Below are positions 27,999 to 39,519 of a stretch of DNA of 64,000 nucleotides, one piece after another; the stretch's first letter is position 1; each line of letters opens with the position of its first letter. Both the position numbers and the translations under genes were made by a program. The stretch is taken from assembly GCF_963921235.1 (NCBI RefSeq), contig NC_086097.1, positions 35,714,001 to 35,778,000 of the forward strand. Reading direction: 5' to 3'. The notes below the pieces were generated by a model. That model saw nothing but the letters and a program-made list of their open reading frames with translations. It was not told where the DNA came from and did not search any database. The DNA is from Mobula hypostoma. Its lineage: Eukaryota.

Positions 27999-30900
27999 AC
28001 TCTCAAGAAATAATGCTTTAAATTACTTTCATCCACATAAATATTTGGCACACACAGGTCCAACTTCTAGGTAGCTGTATTCTATTCTATAAAGGAAAAA
28101 ATGTGTGTTAATGTAATCAATATGGATTTTCATAGCAAAGTTATCTCTGCTATATTGTGCAAAGCACATGACAAAATGAAGTTCTAGCTGCTTTTATAAA
28201 AGCTATGAAAAGGAGATTTCAAAATGTTAGAAATATTTTTTGAAAGTTCCTTTGAAATCTTTCCAAAGAGAAATTCCTGAAGATAGTACATTTGCATTAT
28301 AACAACAAGTTGATGACAGTATCACTGGGGAGACCAGTAATATAGCACAATAGAACGATTATTAATATCTTCCTCAGAAATGTCTGAATTGAGTAGTCAG
28401 GAATTGTGCTTTTTGTGTGTTGCTTTAGAGTACAGGACAGAGATGTACATCTGCAGTTCATCCTCTGTTACTCAGCTATAATATACAGTATGTGAATTGA
28501 CAATATGAGAAGGAATATTAACCAGCAAGCAGGTTGGATTTGCATTTAATCTTTTCTGACAGAATTATTTACAGTTTACTTTGTTATGCCTTCATCATAG
28601 GAAATAAAATGTAACATCACTCAAAAGTTCATTTGCTTTTGTCCAGGAGCCAATTATAAATGGGTCAGTTCAGAAATTTCTTCACTCCCATCCATTCCAT
28701 ATCACTTCACTCTGACTCATTGCATCTGTCAGGAAAGCCTCTTGGCCAGTGCGGTGCCAGGGTGTACGAGTACAATACACAGTAGGTACTCCACGCAGAG
28801 CCAGTAATTCCCAAAGCTTTAGAATGAGAGCCAGTGAAAGTGAAAAAGCAGCAGCAGTAGCTGGAGGCAAAGCAGCGACTGAAACTTTATTGTTTCCATC
28901 CCCACATGCATATTTTTCACTAATTATTTTTACCATTGTAGAACAAAGGTCACAGGATTCAAAGTGTAATCTGCACCAACTACGAGGAAGAGACAAACAG
29001 CTGTCTTTGAGGTGTAAATATCTCCTTGAAGCACTGGTTAAGATGCATTTGAAATTAGGACATGCATCATTTTAATATTCAATAAATAATTAATGATAGG
29101 GGAATGGGGGGAAAGTTCCACTTAATTGTGTTAAGTTCAAGCAGTCTTTGCCCACAGTCTTCATTGCCAAATCTCTTCTATTCTAATCATGACCTTGATC
29201 AAGTTTTCCCAACATTTTCTCATTCTGATCCAGGTCCCCTTCCTACCAAGTCACTGACATCATACAGATTTAGGCTAGCTCCTGATCTCCCCAAAGTCAG
29301 CTGCACTATTGATTGTGGCCAAACTGTATCAAACGCGGTTTATTTATTTATCATAATTGTCATTCTGCATAGATTACAAAGAACAGCACACAGAAAAGCT
29401 AGTGGCAGAAAACCAGCAGTGTACTGTATAATTTAAAGACCTGGTTTCTCTTTCTCCTTCAGCAAATTACCAGCAAAAAGCAAAATCCACCAGCACAGCC
29501 CGAAATTAAAGAACCAGCTTTCAGTTTGATGTATTCAGAAACAAAGTGCTGGAAATACTCGGCATGTCGAGCAGCATCTGCAAAGAGAAAGACAGAGGCC
29601 TTATATCGCATGTTGATTTCCCTTCTTTAGAACAGGAATCATTTTCAGATGCAGTAACAGGAAGCAGGGAGGACAGAGCCAAAGGGTGTATGCAGTAAGT
29701 TCTCTGTATATCCATGTATGAGAACACACTATGTTCCTTTTGGATAGGAGATGCATTCAGTATGTTTTATGCTAATATAATGATGTAGTGCCAACTGAAA
29801 ATCTCAACATACAAATGTTGGTGTTGCAAATAAACCCTCTTCTATCTTTTTGGATACATAACTTATACAATAATATATATGCACTGTAAGGCATTTACAG
29901 GGTGGGATACTGATTAAACAAACAGTATGCATAACTTGTGTTAATTTAAAAATTTTAAATCCAATTGGAAGCCATGCTTATACACAAAACGAGCCACATG
30001 CATGATTGACAATTAATTACCATGCATGTTTTTGTGAATTGCACCCCCTTGTGGTACATAGTAGGTTCTTAAAATCAAGTTATTAATAGCCGCAAGATTT
30101 TTTTAAAAATTAGGAATGGATATCAAACAGTATTTTGAAAACCTTTTACCTTTAAAATAAGATTACTCAGGCATGCTCTGGTAGTTCAAAACAATAAGGT
30201 TAGCTTGATGCAGAATATGTTGTCAGTTGTAGAGTTTTCAAAATGCATCATTGACACCATAGAATTAATGTAATAAATAGGTTGGTATCTTTCTCATTGA
30301 AGGACTGTAAGACATTGGAACAGAACTAGGCCCATTGAGTCTGCTCCACCAATCCAGCATTGCTAATTTATGACCCCTCTCAATCCCACTCTCCTGCCTT
30401 TGCCCTGTAAACTTTGATGCCGTGACTAATCAAGAACCTATCAACTTCTGCTTTAAACATACCCAATGACTTGGCCTTCACAGCTGTCAGTGACAATGAA
30501 TTCCACGGATTTGCTACCCTCTAGCTAAAGAAGTTCCTCTTCATCTCTGTTCTAAATGAACGGTCCTTTATTCTGAGGCTGTGTGTTCTGGTCCTAGACT
30601 CTCACACTACATGAAACATTCCTTTCATATCCACTCTGTCTAGACCTTTCAATATTTGACAGGCTTCAATGAGATCCCCCCTGATTCTTCCAAACTCCAG
30701 CAAGTACAGGCCCAGAGCTATCAAATGCTCCTCATATGTTAAGCCTTTCAATCATGAAATCATTCTTGTGCACCTCCTCTGGACCCTCTCCAGTGTTGGC
30801 ACTTCTTAGATGAGGGGCCCAAAATTGCTCACAATACTCCAACTGATGTCTGACCAAAGTCTTATAAAGCCTCAGCATCACATCCTTGCTTTTATATTCT

Positions 30901-31226
30901 AGTCCTCTTGAAATGAGTGCTAAAATTGCATATACCACTGAGTCAACCTGCAGGTTAACCTTTAGGGAATCCTGCGCAAGGACTCACAAGTCTCTTTGTA
31001 CCTCTGACTTTTGATTTTCTTCTACAAACGTATTTAGAAAATAGTCTAAGCCTTCATTCCTTCTACCAAAGTGCATGACCATACACTTCCCTACACTATC
31101 TTCCATCTAACACATCTTTACCCATTATTTTAGTCTAAGTTCTTCTATACTTCCTCAATACTACCTGCCCCTCCACCTATCCATATCGTCCACAAACATG
31201 ATCACTTTGCCATCAATGTTGACATT

Positions 31227-32590
31227 CAACACTCACAACACGCTGGAGGAACTCAGCAGGTCAGGCAGCATCCGTGGAATTGATGAGTCGACGTTTCGGG
31301 CTGGAACCCTTCATCAGGACTGTAGGGGGAAGGGACAGAGGCCCTATAAAGAAGGTGGAGGGAGGGTGGGAAGGAGAACGCTGGTAGGTGCCAGGTGAAA
31401 AACCAGTAAGGGGAAAGATAAAGGGGTGGGGGAGAGGAAGCAGGGAGGTGATAGGCAGGAAAGGTGAAGAAGGAATAGGGGAAAACACAATGGGTAGTAG
31501 AAGGAGGTGGAACCATGAGGGAGGTGATAGGCAGCTGGGGGGAGGGGGCAGAGAGACATAGGGATAGGGGAAGGGAGGGGGAGGGAATTACCGGAAGTTG
31601 GAGAATTCTATGTTCATACCAAGGGGCTGGAGGCTACCTAGACGGTATATGAGGTGTTGCTCCTCCAACCTGAGTTTAGCCTCATCATGGCTGTAGAAGA
31701 GGCCATGTATGGACATATCTGAATGGGAATGGGAAGCAGAGTTGAAGTGGATGGCTAGCGGGAGATCCTGTCTGTCTTGGCGGACGGAGCGGAGGTGCTC
31801 AATGAAGCAGTCCCCCAATCTGCGTCTGGTTTCACCGATGTATAGGAGGCCACACCGGGAGCACCGGATGCAATAGATGACCCCAACAGACTAACAAGTG
31901 AAGTGTTGCCTCACATGGAAGGATTGTTTGGGGGCCTGAATGTTGGCAAGAGAGGAGGTGTAGGGACAGGTGTAGCACTTACGCTTACAGGGATAAGTGC
32001 CACAACAGACAGGATCTCCCGGTAGCCACCCACTTCATCTCTGTTTCCCATTCCCATTCAGATATGTCCATACATGGCCTCCTCTACTGCCATGATGAGG
32101 CTAAACTCAGGTTGGAAGAGCAACACCTCATATACCATCTAGGTAGTCTCCAGCCCCTTGGTATGAACATAGAATTCTCCAACTTCTGGTAATTCCCTCC
32201 CCCTCCCTTCCTCTATCCCTTTTTCACTCTGCCCCCTCCCCCAGGTGCCTATCACCTCCCTCATGATTCTGCCTCCTTCTACTATCCATTGTGTTTTCCC
32301 CTATTCCTTCTTCACCTTTCCTGCCTATCACCTCCCTGCTTCCTCTCCCCCACTCCTTTATCTTTCCCCTTACTGGTTTTTCACCTGGAACCTACCAGCG
32401 TTCTCCTTCCCACCCTCCCCCCACCTTCTTTATAAGGCCTCTGCCCCTTCCCTCTACAGTCCTGACGAAGGGTTCCGGCCCGAAACATCAACTCATCGTT
32501 TCCACGGATGCTGCCCGACCTGCTGAGTTCTTCCAGCGTGTTGTGAGTGTTGCATTGACCCCAGCATCTGCAGATTGTTTTGTGTTTATA
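31227..32590. mobile_element. Penelope-like element arranged as an inverted repeat (GIY-YIG endonuclease end plus tails)
   Basis: Minus strand reads VIYCIRCSRCGLLYIGETRRRLGDCFIEHL...LGSLQPLGMN; arms 31227-31775 and 32005-32552 are near-identical reverse complements. Confidence 0.9.
31283..31322 (-). ncRNA. Minimal hammerhead ribozyme motif of a Penelope element
   Basis: AGTC-CTGATGA-A-GGG ttccag CCC-GAAAC-GTC-GACT: complete core, AGTC/GACT stem I, GGG/CCC stem II, palindromic ACGT in place of stem III. Confidence 0.7.
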
Positions 32591-32761
32591 ATTTAGTCAT
32601 TCAAATCATTGGCATATAACATGAAAAGAAGTGGTCTCAACACCAACCCTTGCGGAACACCACAAGTCAACTGGCAGACAAACAGAAAAGGCCCCTTTTA
32701 TTCCCACTTGTTTTCCTCCTGCCAGTCAGCCAATCTCCTGTCCATGCTAGTACCTTTCCTG

Positions 32762-33621
32762 TGTTACGTACCCCGTAACTGGGTTGCCAAACCAGCAGAA
32801 ATGGATCACTTAGTTGGAGTCTGGATTACTAGAACTAAGAAAGTTTTATTAAAAAAACAAGCAACACAGTAATCGAAAGGATAATGAATGCAACAGTTCA
32901 GCAATGTTAACCACACATGTGCACAGAATTAAGATAACAGCATCAATCAAGCTCTATCGTTGTCTAGGGGTAAATGACCAAATTTCAAAGTGACTCAAAG
33001 TTCAGTCCAGTTTAGTAGTTCAGTTCGCAGTAATCGTTGCCATGGATGGACAACGTGGGGGAAGAGAGAGATAGAACAGGAACAACTGATCATTCAGAAC
33101 GGCTTCACTCACAGACCGGCGAGATTGCTCACAAGCAGCTTTTGGGCGGGTCCTTGATGATGTCACCTGAGGTCACCGACTGTGACCCCTCCTTCAGATG
33201 TGGTCGATCCTCTGCAGTGAACCCGGCACCCAGGCAAGGGCGGACACACACCGGGTTCCCGCTGATCGTACCTTTCCACCCTGGTCGTTGTCTGATACCT
33301 CTCACCCACTCGTGAGAGGCGCACCGCTTCCAGGGTCTCGTTACCTCGGGTGGCGTGTGTCTCCTGCCTTAGCGAACCTGTCCCTTTTTATCCCCCTGCT
33401 GGGGTATCGCCTGTCCATCACTTCAAACAGTTCAAGGTTCAAAGGGGGGAGCCGCTCCAGACAGCTCTCTCTCCCCCGTCCCTTCATTACACATCTCCAG
33501 ACGCTGCTCCATTGTTCCTTATCTCTCCTTCCCCTGAGGGCAGGTGGCAGACCACTTGCTGATGTCACTGATGCTAACCCAGGCCAGCAAACATCTTAAT
33601 TTTATGTGTATTCTCGTCACA
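32762..33621 (-). repeat. 3' LTR
   Basis: Direct repeat of 36756-37615; minus-strand AATAAA at 32845-32850; TATA-like GATAAAAA near 33385-33392. Confidence 0.95.
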
Positions 33622-33637
33622 CTTCCCCCCTTTAAGG
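33622..33637 (-). promoter_or_regulatory. Polypurine tract
   Basis: Minus-strand CCTTAAAGGGGGGAAG abuts the 3' LTR. Confidence 0.85.
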
Positions 33638-33794
33638 ATTTTTACCGGGAGGTAAAAATTACAAACATGAATACATTATTTGATACATACACAAATATAC
33701 ATCTTTATCAGCTATTTGGCTAACACAGCGCGTTTGAAGCTGTCAACACCTTGACAGACAGTCATCGCATTTTCTGTTCCTTTTACACGTGTTA

Positions 33795-36656
33795 TTAATA
33801 ATCCCTTAGACCAGGCTCCAACTCAGCAAACTTCATAGTGGCCAAAAACACTGATGAATTGCGACCAATGTAACCTCTCATTTGGTTTTGTCCCGGACCA
33901 CAATAACAAGGGTCGTCCCATTCCGACTCAGTTTTCTCTCGCAAGGGCTTAGTAGGAGGGGGACGGGTATTGACCGCAGAGTTATTGCAAAACTTCCTGC
34001 AGTACCCCACCATCTCCAAGAGCCTTCTGAGGGCCCTCTTGTCTGTCGGGGTTGGGAGGTCAGCGATAGCCTGCACTGTAGCTTGCATCGCTGCCAGCTG
34101 CCCCTGTGTCACCACAATTCCCAGGTAAGTGACCCTCGTGTGGCTGAATTCATTTTTTCCAAGGTTCACTATCAGGCTGGCTTCAGACAGCCGTATTAAA
34201 TTGCCAATACACACCTCTGTGTTCATCAGCCCTTTAGTCACTGAATTACTCAAAAAATATGGGTGTTGTTTACTAGGCCACCCTATTGTAACAGACATCA
34301 CCCAACGTCCCAGTTCTTTGCATTTCCTCGGGACAATCAAACACACGGGTGCGAGTCGTTTAATTACTTCTAAAGATTCGCTTTGTTCGGGGATTAAGGG
34401 AGAGACCTTATCAGTAGACCTGGCCAAAACAATAGCCTTCTCCCATCTGACCGATCCCATCCTAATCTTTTCAAAATGGTTTTTTCCTCTTATCAGGGGG
34501 CCCCTAGCTTCTTTGATTTCCACGCTAACACCGACTAGGTTTGTTAGCATATCAAAAGCCGGTGACCGTCTCAGTTCGCATCGGTCATGATCAATAACAT
34601 TCTTCCCCCTGGGTAGCCGGTAAATCTCTTTCATGATTCCGCCAACTGTTTCCTCCAGCACCGCAAAATGTCCACTGGGGGGTACCTCGTGGGCCATGTT
34701 AAAAACCTCATCCCCATAACTCTTTTGCACCACCCCCCACTCCTCATCTGCGGATACTGTACTTGATTTCCCTTTCTTCCTTAGCACTTCCTCCTCCACA
34801 CAATAGCTTGTCAAGGCTGTGTCAGAGAGAGCGGTCTCTGCCAAAACCATCAGCCCCTCGTCTCGCTCCTGCGTCTGCACAAATTCTTTCCTGGCTACTG
34901 CTACGTCCGTCCCAGCTCCCTCACTACCTCTTATCTCACTACACCCTGTCTCATACAAGGTTGGCAGAAATGTTTCAACTAAATTCACTATCGTGGGCCC
35001 GTAATGAACCTGTGAGTCCATGGGCGGGGCCTCAATGCTGGCAGGCTGACCTGTCAATCTCACGACTGGGAACACGATTCCTCCGGCGATGTCATTACCG
35101 AGCAAGACTTCCACGTCTTTCATCGGTAATTCGGACCTAACCCCGATCGTGACTAGTCCAGAGACCAGGTTGCTCTGTAAGTGTATCTGGTGCAAAGGGA
35201 CTGACTCTGTCCCTTCCCCAACACCTTTGACCTCTACCTCCCCAGTCTGGGTCTCTGAGCTAAACTCTAATACACTCTTCAGTATTAGTGACTGACACGC
35301 TCCCGTGTCTCTCCAGATCCGCACTGGAACTGGTTCTAACCTCTCCTTCACTGACACCAGTCCGTCCGAGATAAACCTCTCACGCCCTTCCTGGACTTTT
35401 CCAGACCTGTCCTTCCCTAGCGGTTCGCTTAACAGCTCGATACAGCCATTCAAAATTTCCGCTTTTCCTTTCCCCGTCTCCTTCCTTGGGGCAAAGCACC
35501 TGGACGCAAAGTGTCCGGCTTTCCCACAATTATAACAGACGACCCCAGGAGACTTCCTACCAGACTGCTCCCGGTCTACCTTATCCTTTTCACTAGTCCC
35601 CGGCTTACTTTCTGACTTTTCCGGCGGACTCTCCCCGCTGTCCTGACGACCCTTTTGGTAGCCTTTACTCGGGGCAAACTTCATTTTATGCGTCAACGCA
35701 TACTCATCCGCTAACTTAGCAGTTGCGGCTAACGTGGCTGCCTCTTTCTCCTCGAGGTAGGGTCTCATACCCTCAGGGACACAACCTTTAAACTGCTCAA
35801 TCAGGATCAGTTGTAGCAGTCTGTCATAATCCCCCTCTACCCCCTTCGAGGCGCCCCAACGCTCACAATATGTCTGCATCTCACGGGCAAACTCCAAATA
35901 CGTGCGGTCCCACCGCTTCCTCGCATTCCGGAACCTCTGCCGGTATGCCTCCAGGACCAACTCATAAATCCTGAGGATGGCCTCTTTCACCACCTCATAC
36001 CTCTGGGCATCTTCCGCGGACAAAGCGGAGTAAGCTTCTTGGGCCTTCCCTTTCAGTACACTCTGAAGTAAAACAACCCACTTATCCCTCGGCCAGTCCT
36101 GACTTATAGCCACTTTTTCGAAGTGGAGAAAGTACCGATCCACGTCGGTATCGTCAAATGGGGGAACCAGCCTAACCTCCTGGGTCGCCCGGAACCCTCC
36201 ACCTTGGTTCGGCACGAGCCCCTGCTCGGCCCTTATCTTTAACTTCTCCAGCTCAAATTCCCTTTCCCTCTGTTTCCCTCTCTCTTCTCGCTCCCATTGC
36301 CTCTCTTTCTCCTCTCTCTCTAACTGTCTCTCTCTCTCTTCCCTCTCCCTTTCTAACTGCTTCTCTTTGTGTTCTAACTGCCGTACCCGGAACTCGTGCT
36401 CGAGTCTCAGTTTTTCAAGCTGTACCTGTACCGCTTCTCCAGCAGGTTTTTCAATAGACACCACCCCCAGCTCACCTTGGGGAAACACACCTTTAGATAC
36501 ATAGTGCTCTACAATAGCTCTGTGTATCTCCTCTCTCCTCATTGTCGACTTCACCTTAGCAAGATTCAACCGTTTGGCCACAGCTACCAATTCCGATTTC
36601 CTGGCATCCTCTAATGCCTCCAAGGTCGGCGCCTTTATAAATTCCTCAGCCTCCAT
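33795..36656 (-). CDS. 953-aa Gag(SCAN-type capsid)-CCHC-protease polyprotein fused to catalytically dead integrase/RT remnants
   Basis: LVPPFDDTDVDRYFLHFE...EAYRQRFR...LILIEQF (capsid/SCAN-like); CYNCGKAGHFASRC; RDTGA and LLGND (protease); AHEVPPSGH (integrase zinc-finger HH); KQHPY; VTYLGIVVTQGQ...GYCRKFC (RT C-terminal part). Confidence 0.9.
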   Translation of the reverse strand: MEAEEFIKAPTLEALEDARKSELVAVAKRLNLAKVKSTMRREEIHRAIVEHYVSKGVFPQGELGVVSIEKPAGEAVQVQLEKLRLEHEFRVRQLEHKEKQLEREREERERQLEREEKERQWEREERGKQREREFELEKLKIRAEQGLVPNQGGGFRATQEVRLVPPFDDTDVDRYFLHFEKVAISQDWPRDKWVVLLQSVLKGKAQEAYSALSAEDAQRYEVVKEAILRIYELVLEAYRQRFRNARKRWDRTYLEFAREMQTYCERWGASKGVEGDYDRLLQLILIEQFKGCVPEGMRPYLEEKEAATLAATAKLADEYALTHKMKFAPSKGYQKGRQDSGESPPEKSESKPGTSEKDKVDREQSGRKSPGVVCYNCGKAGHFASRCFAPRKETGKGKAEILNGCIELLSEPLGKDRSGKVQEGRERFISDGLVSVKERLEPVPVRIWRDTGACQSLILKSVLEFSSETQTGEVEVKGVGEGTESVPLHQIHLQSNLVSGLVTIGVRSELPMKDVEVLLGNDIAGGIVFPVVRLTGQPASIEAPPMDSQVHYGPTIVNLVETFLPTLYETGCSEIRGSEGAGTDVAVARKEFVQTQERDEGLMVLAETALSDTALTSYCVEEEVLRKKGKSSTVSADEEWGVVQKSYGDEVFNMAHEVPPSGHFAVLEETVGGIMKEIYRLPRGKNVIDHDRCELRRSPAFDMLTNLVGVSVEIKEARGPLIRGKNHFEKIRMGSVRWEKAIVLARSTDKVSPLIPEQSESLEVIKRLAPVCLIVPRKCKELGRWVMSVTIGWPSKQHPYFLSNSVTKGLMNTEVCIGNLIRLSEASLIVNLGKNEFSHTRVTYLGIVVTQGQLAAMQATVQAIADLPTPTDKRALRRLLEMVGYCRKFCNNSAVNTRPPPTKPLREKTESEWDDPCYCGPGQNQMRGYIGRNSSVFLATMKFAELEPGLRDY

Positions 36657-36732
36657 TTCTGCTGTTTGTCTTTTCTTTCTTTCGGGAATTTTAACCCAAT
36701 CAATTTACTCCGTCCCAAATTTAGCATTCAAA

Positions 36733-36752
36733 ATCGCGGACGAGAACCCCAC
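36733..36752 (-). promoter_or_regulatory. Primer-binding site, tRNA-Pro-like
   Basis: TGGGGTTCTCGTCCGCGAT versus the canonical tRNA-Pro PBS TGGGGGCTCGTCCGGGAT; starts 4 nt after the 5' LTR. Confidence 0.75.
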
Positions 36753-36755
36753 TTA

Positions 36756-37615
36756 TGTTACGTACCCCGTAACTGGGTTGCCAAACCAGCAGAAATGGAT
36801 CACTCAGTTGGAGTCTGGATTACTAGAACTAAGAAAGTTTTATTAAAAAAACAAGCAACACAGTAATCGAAAGGATAATGAATGCAACAGTTCAGCAATG
36901 TTAACCACACATGTGCACAGAATTAAGATAACAGCATCAATCAAGCTCTATCGTTGTCTAGGGGTAAATGACCAAATTTCAAAGTGACTCAAAGTTCAGT
37001 CCAGTTTAGTAGTTCAGTTTGCAGTAATCGTTGCCATGGATGGACAACGTGGGGGAAGAGAGAGATAGAACAGGAACAACTGATCATTCAGAACGGCTTC
37101 ACTCACAGACCGGCGAGATTGCTCACAAGCAGCTTTTGGGCGGGTCCTTAGTGATGTCACCTGAGGTCACCGACTGTGACCCCTCCTCCAGATGCGGTCG
37201 ATCCTCTGCAGTGAACCCGGCACCCAGGCAAGGGCGGACACACACCGGGTTCCCGCTGATCGTACCTTTCCACCCTGGTCGTTGTCTGATACTTCTCACC
37301 CACTCGTGAGAGGCGCACCGCTTCCAGGGTCTCGTTACCTCGGGTGGCGTGTGTCTCCTGTCTTAGCGAACCTGTCCCTTTTTATCCCCCTGCTGGGGTA
37401 TCGCCTGTCCATCACTTCAAACAGTTCAAGGTTCAAAGGGGGGAGCCGCTCCAGACAGCTGTCTCTCCCCCGTCCCTTCATTACACATCTCCAGACACTG
37501 CTCCATTGTTCCTTATCTCTCCTTCCCCTGAGGGCAGGTGGCAGACCACTTGCTGATGTTACTGATGCTAACCCAGGCCAGCAAACATCTTAATTTTATG
37601 TGTATTCTCGTCACA
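36756..37615 (-). repeat. 5' LTR
   Basis: Direct repeat of 32762-33621; adjacent to the PBS. Confidence 0.95.
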
Positions 37616-39519
37616 CCTGCAATGTTATTGGCTCCAATCTTGTTAAGCAGCCTTAGGTGTGGCACCTTGTCAAAAGCCTTCTGAAAATCCAGTGGCTCTC
37701 CTTTATCTATCTTGCCTATTATTTCCTCAAAGAATTCCAAAAAATTTGACAGGCAAGACTTCCCCTTGAGGAAACTATGCTCCCTCTGGTCTACTTTATC
37801 ACGTCCCTCCAAGTAGACTGAATCCTCATCCTTATTAATGGTGTCCATTTTCCCAATCACTGAAGTCAGGCTAACTGGCCTTTAATTTCCTTTCTTCTGC
37901 CTCACTCCCTTCTTAAGAGTGGAGTGACATTTGCAATTTTCCAGACCTCCAGAACCATTCCAGAACTAGTAATTCTTGAAAGATCGTTATTAATGCCTCC
38001 ACAATCTCTTCACCTACTTCTTTCAGAAACTAGTCCATCTGGTCTAGCTGACTTAAGGAAGGAAAAGAGAAATGCCATTCTACTTGAAACATATTACATT
38101 TGTAAACTTTTGATTTTATAATTGTCATTTTGAGTCATTTAAAACCAGGTGTCTTACCAGTTAGACAGTAATTAAATGAGCTTATACTTGTGGTGGTGCT
38201 TCCTTCGCTAATAATTGAAACTGTTTAAATTTGCTACGTCTATCTGAAGGAACTGATTTTTAAATACAGCGAATAGTTTAAAAGTATGTTTGAGAAGGTT
38301 TCCAAATTCTATTGGTTCATGAACAGTTTTTATTTGGTGGCATAAAAATAAGTTTGAACAGAAAATTGCAGATAAACATCCTGCAGATTCACATCTGGAT
38401 TGTCGTTTGCTTCCAAAATGAGAAAAAGTTTCCTTGGTCACAAATTCAGTCACAGACGAGGCATTATTTAGTATTTTGAAGTATTTTAGTATCTTGAAGT
38501 TTTGAAAAGTCAATTCAGAACATTAAAACTAAGGAAAGACATTACTACAGAGGTGCAATTTCACTTAAACCTTTAAATCATTTTTATTTTACCCTATAAG
38601 AAGGCAATAAATTGGAAAGTTACTGAGACAGTGGGGAGAAAGAGAGAAACAGAATGTATGTATGGATCGTGGATCAATTTCTTTTACCTTAGCATTATTT
38701 TTGCAACTCCGCTGACTAAATTCACACATATTTTGCAACCCAGTATAACATTACACAAAAAAATACTTTAACCTTGGTCCTTAGCTTCACAAATTCAAAC
38801 TTATGTGCCAGTTCCATGCTGGAAAGGCACAAGGTAGACTATGTGAGGTTTGACTATAAAATTGAAAACTTCAAATAAAAATATTGGCCTTTTTATAATA
38901 AGAATAAAATTTCATATTTAGTGAGAGAAGCATAGACCAATACAGAGTCTTCTGACATCTACAAAGTAAATTACCAGGGCATCATTAGATCAACAATTCT
39001 CTTAAAGTGAGATCCTTTCTTCAGGATATGTTGGAATATTGATTCATTTTGCATTATGACTTCCATTTCTTTACAGGAAATAGGCCTCATATTTTAGAGT
39101 TGCAATTTAACAAAGAATTTGATGTCTTCAGGCTGTAGGTTTTAAAAAGCCATTGCTAACTGTAATAAAATTCATTAATACTCTAAACTTCAGACACCAG
39201 TTCTGCTAAGAGTCGGGTGGTAAGAGGAAGCATTTGTACCACATATTGTCACGGTGATCGCTAGTAGGGATGAACACCGGTGCAGGGGAACGACAGACTC
39301 TGTCACTGTAAGTGCTGGCAATGACTCAGCCCAAGAGCAGAGGAGGGGCAGGCCCTCATGCAGGGAAGGGAAAAGGAAGCTACACACAGGAACACCAACA
39401 GAGCATCGGAGGCACGACCAAGTGACAATCCAAGACAAATCATTCTCCACAAAAGGACTCCGCCTACAATGCTAAACGAGAGGACCATGAATGGTAGTGA
39501 GGTAGGAAACTTGACTTGT

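Larger units (their letters stand above)
32762..37615 (-). mobile_element. Young non-autonomous Gmr1-like Gypsy LTR retrotransposon
   Basis: Two 860-bp TG...CA LTRs differing at about 11 positions by eye; CCTG TSD at 32758-32761 and 37616-37619; PBS, PPT and a single long ORF. Confidence 0.95.
30305..38052 (-). mobile_element. CR1 LINE split into three pieces (30305-31226, about 32591-32761, 37616-38052)
   Basis: CR1 RT and 3' sequence rejoins across the Penelope and LTR insertions; KGKSCLSNFLEFFEE...DFQKAFDKVPH. Confidence 0.85.

Noticed and set aside
33882..35535. Plus-strand ORFs of 61-153 aa
   Set aside because: Antisense shadows of the 953-aa ORF
33795..36656. Domesticated host SCAN or Gag-derived gene
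   Set aside because: Flanked by near-identical LTRs, a TSD, PBS and PPT inside a CR1, so it is a recent mobile insertion
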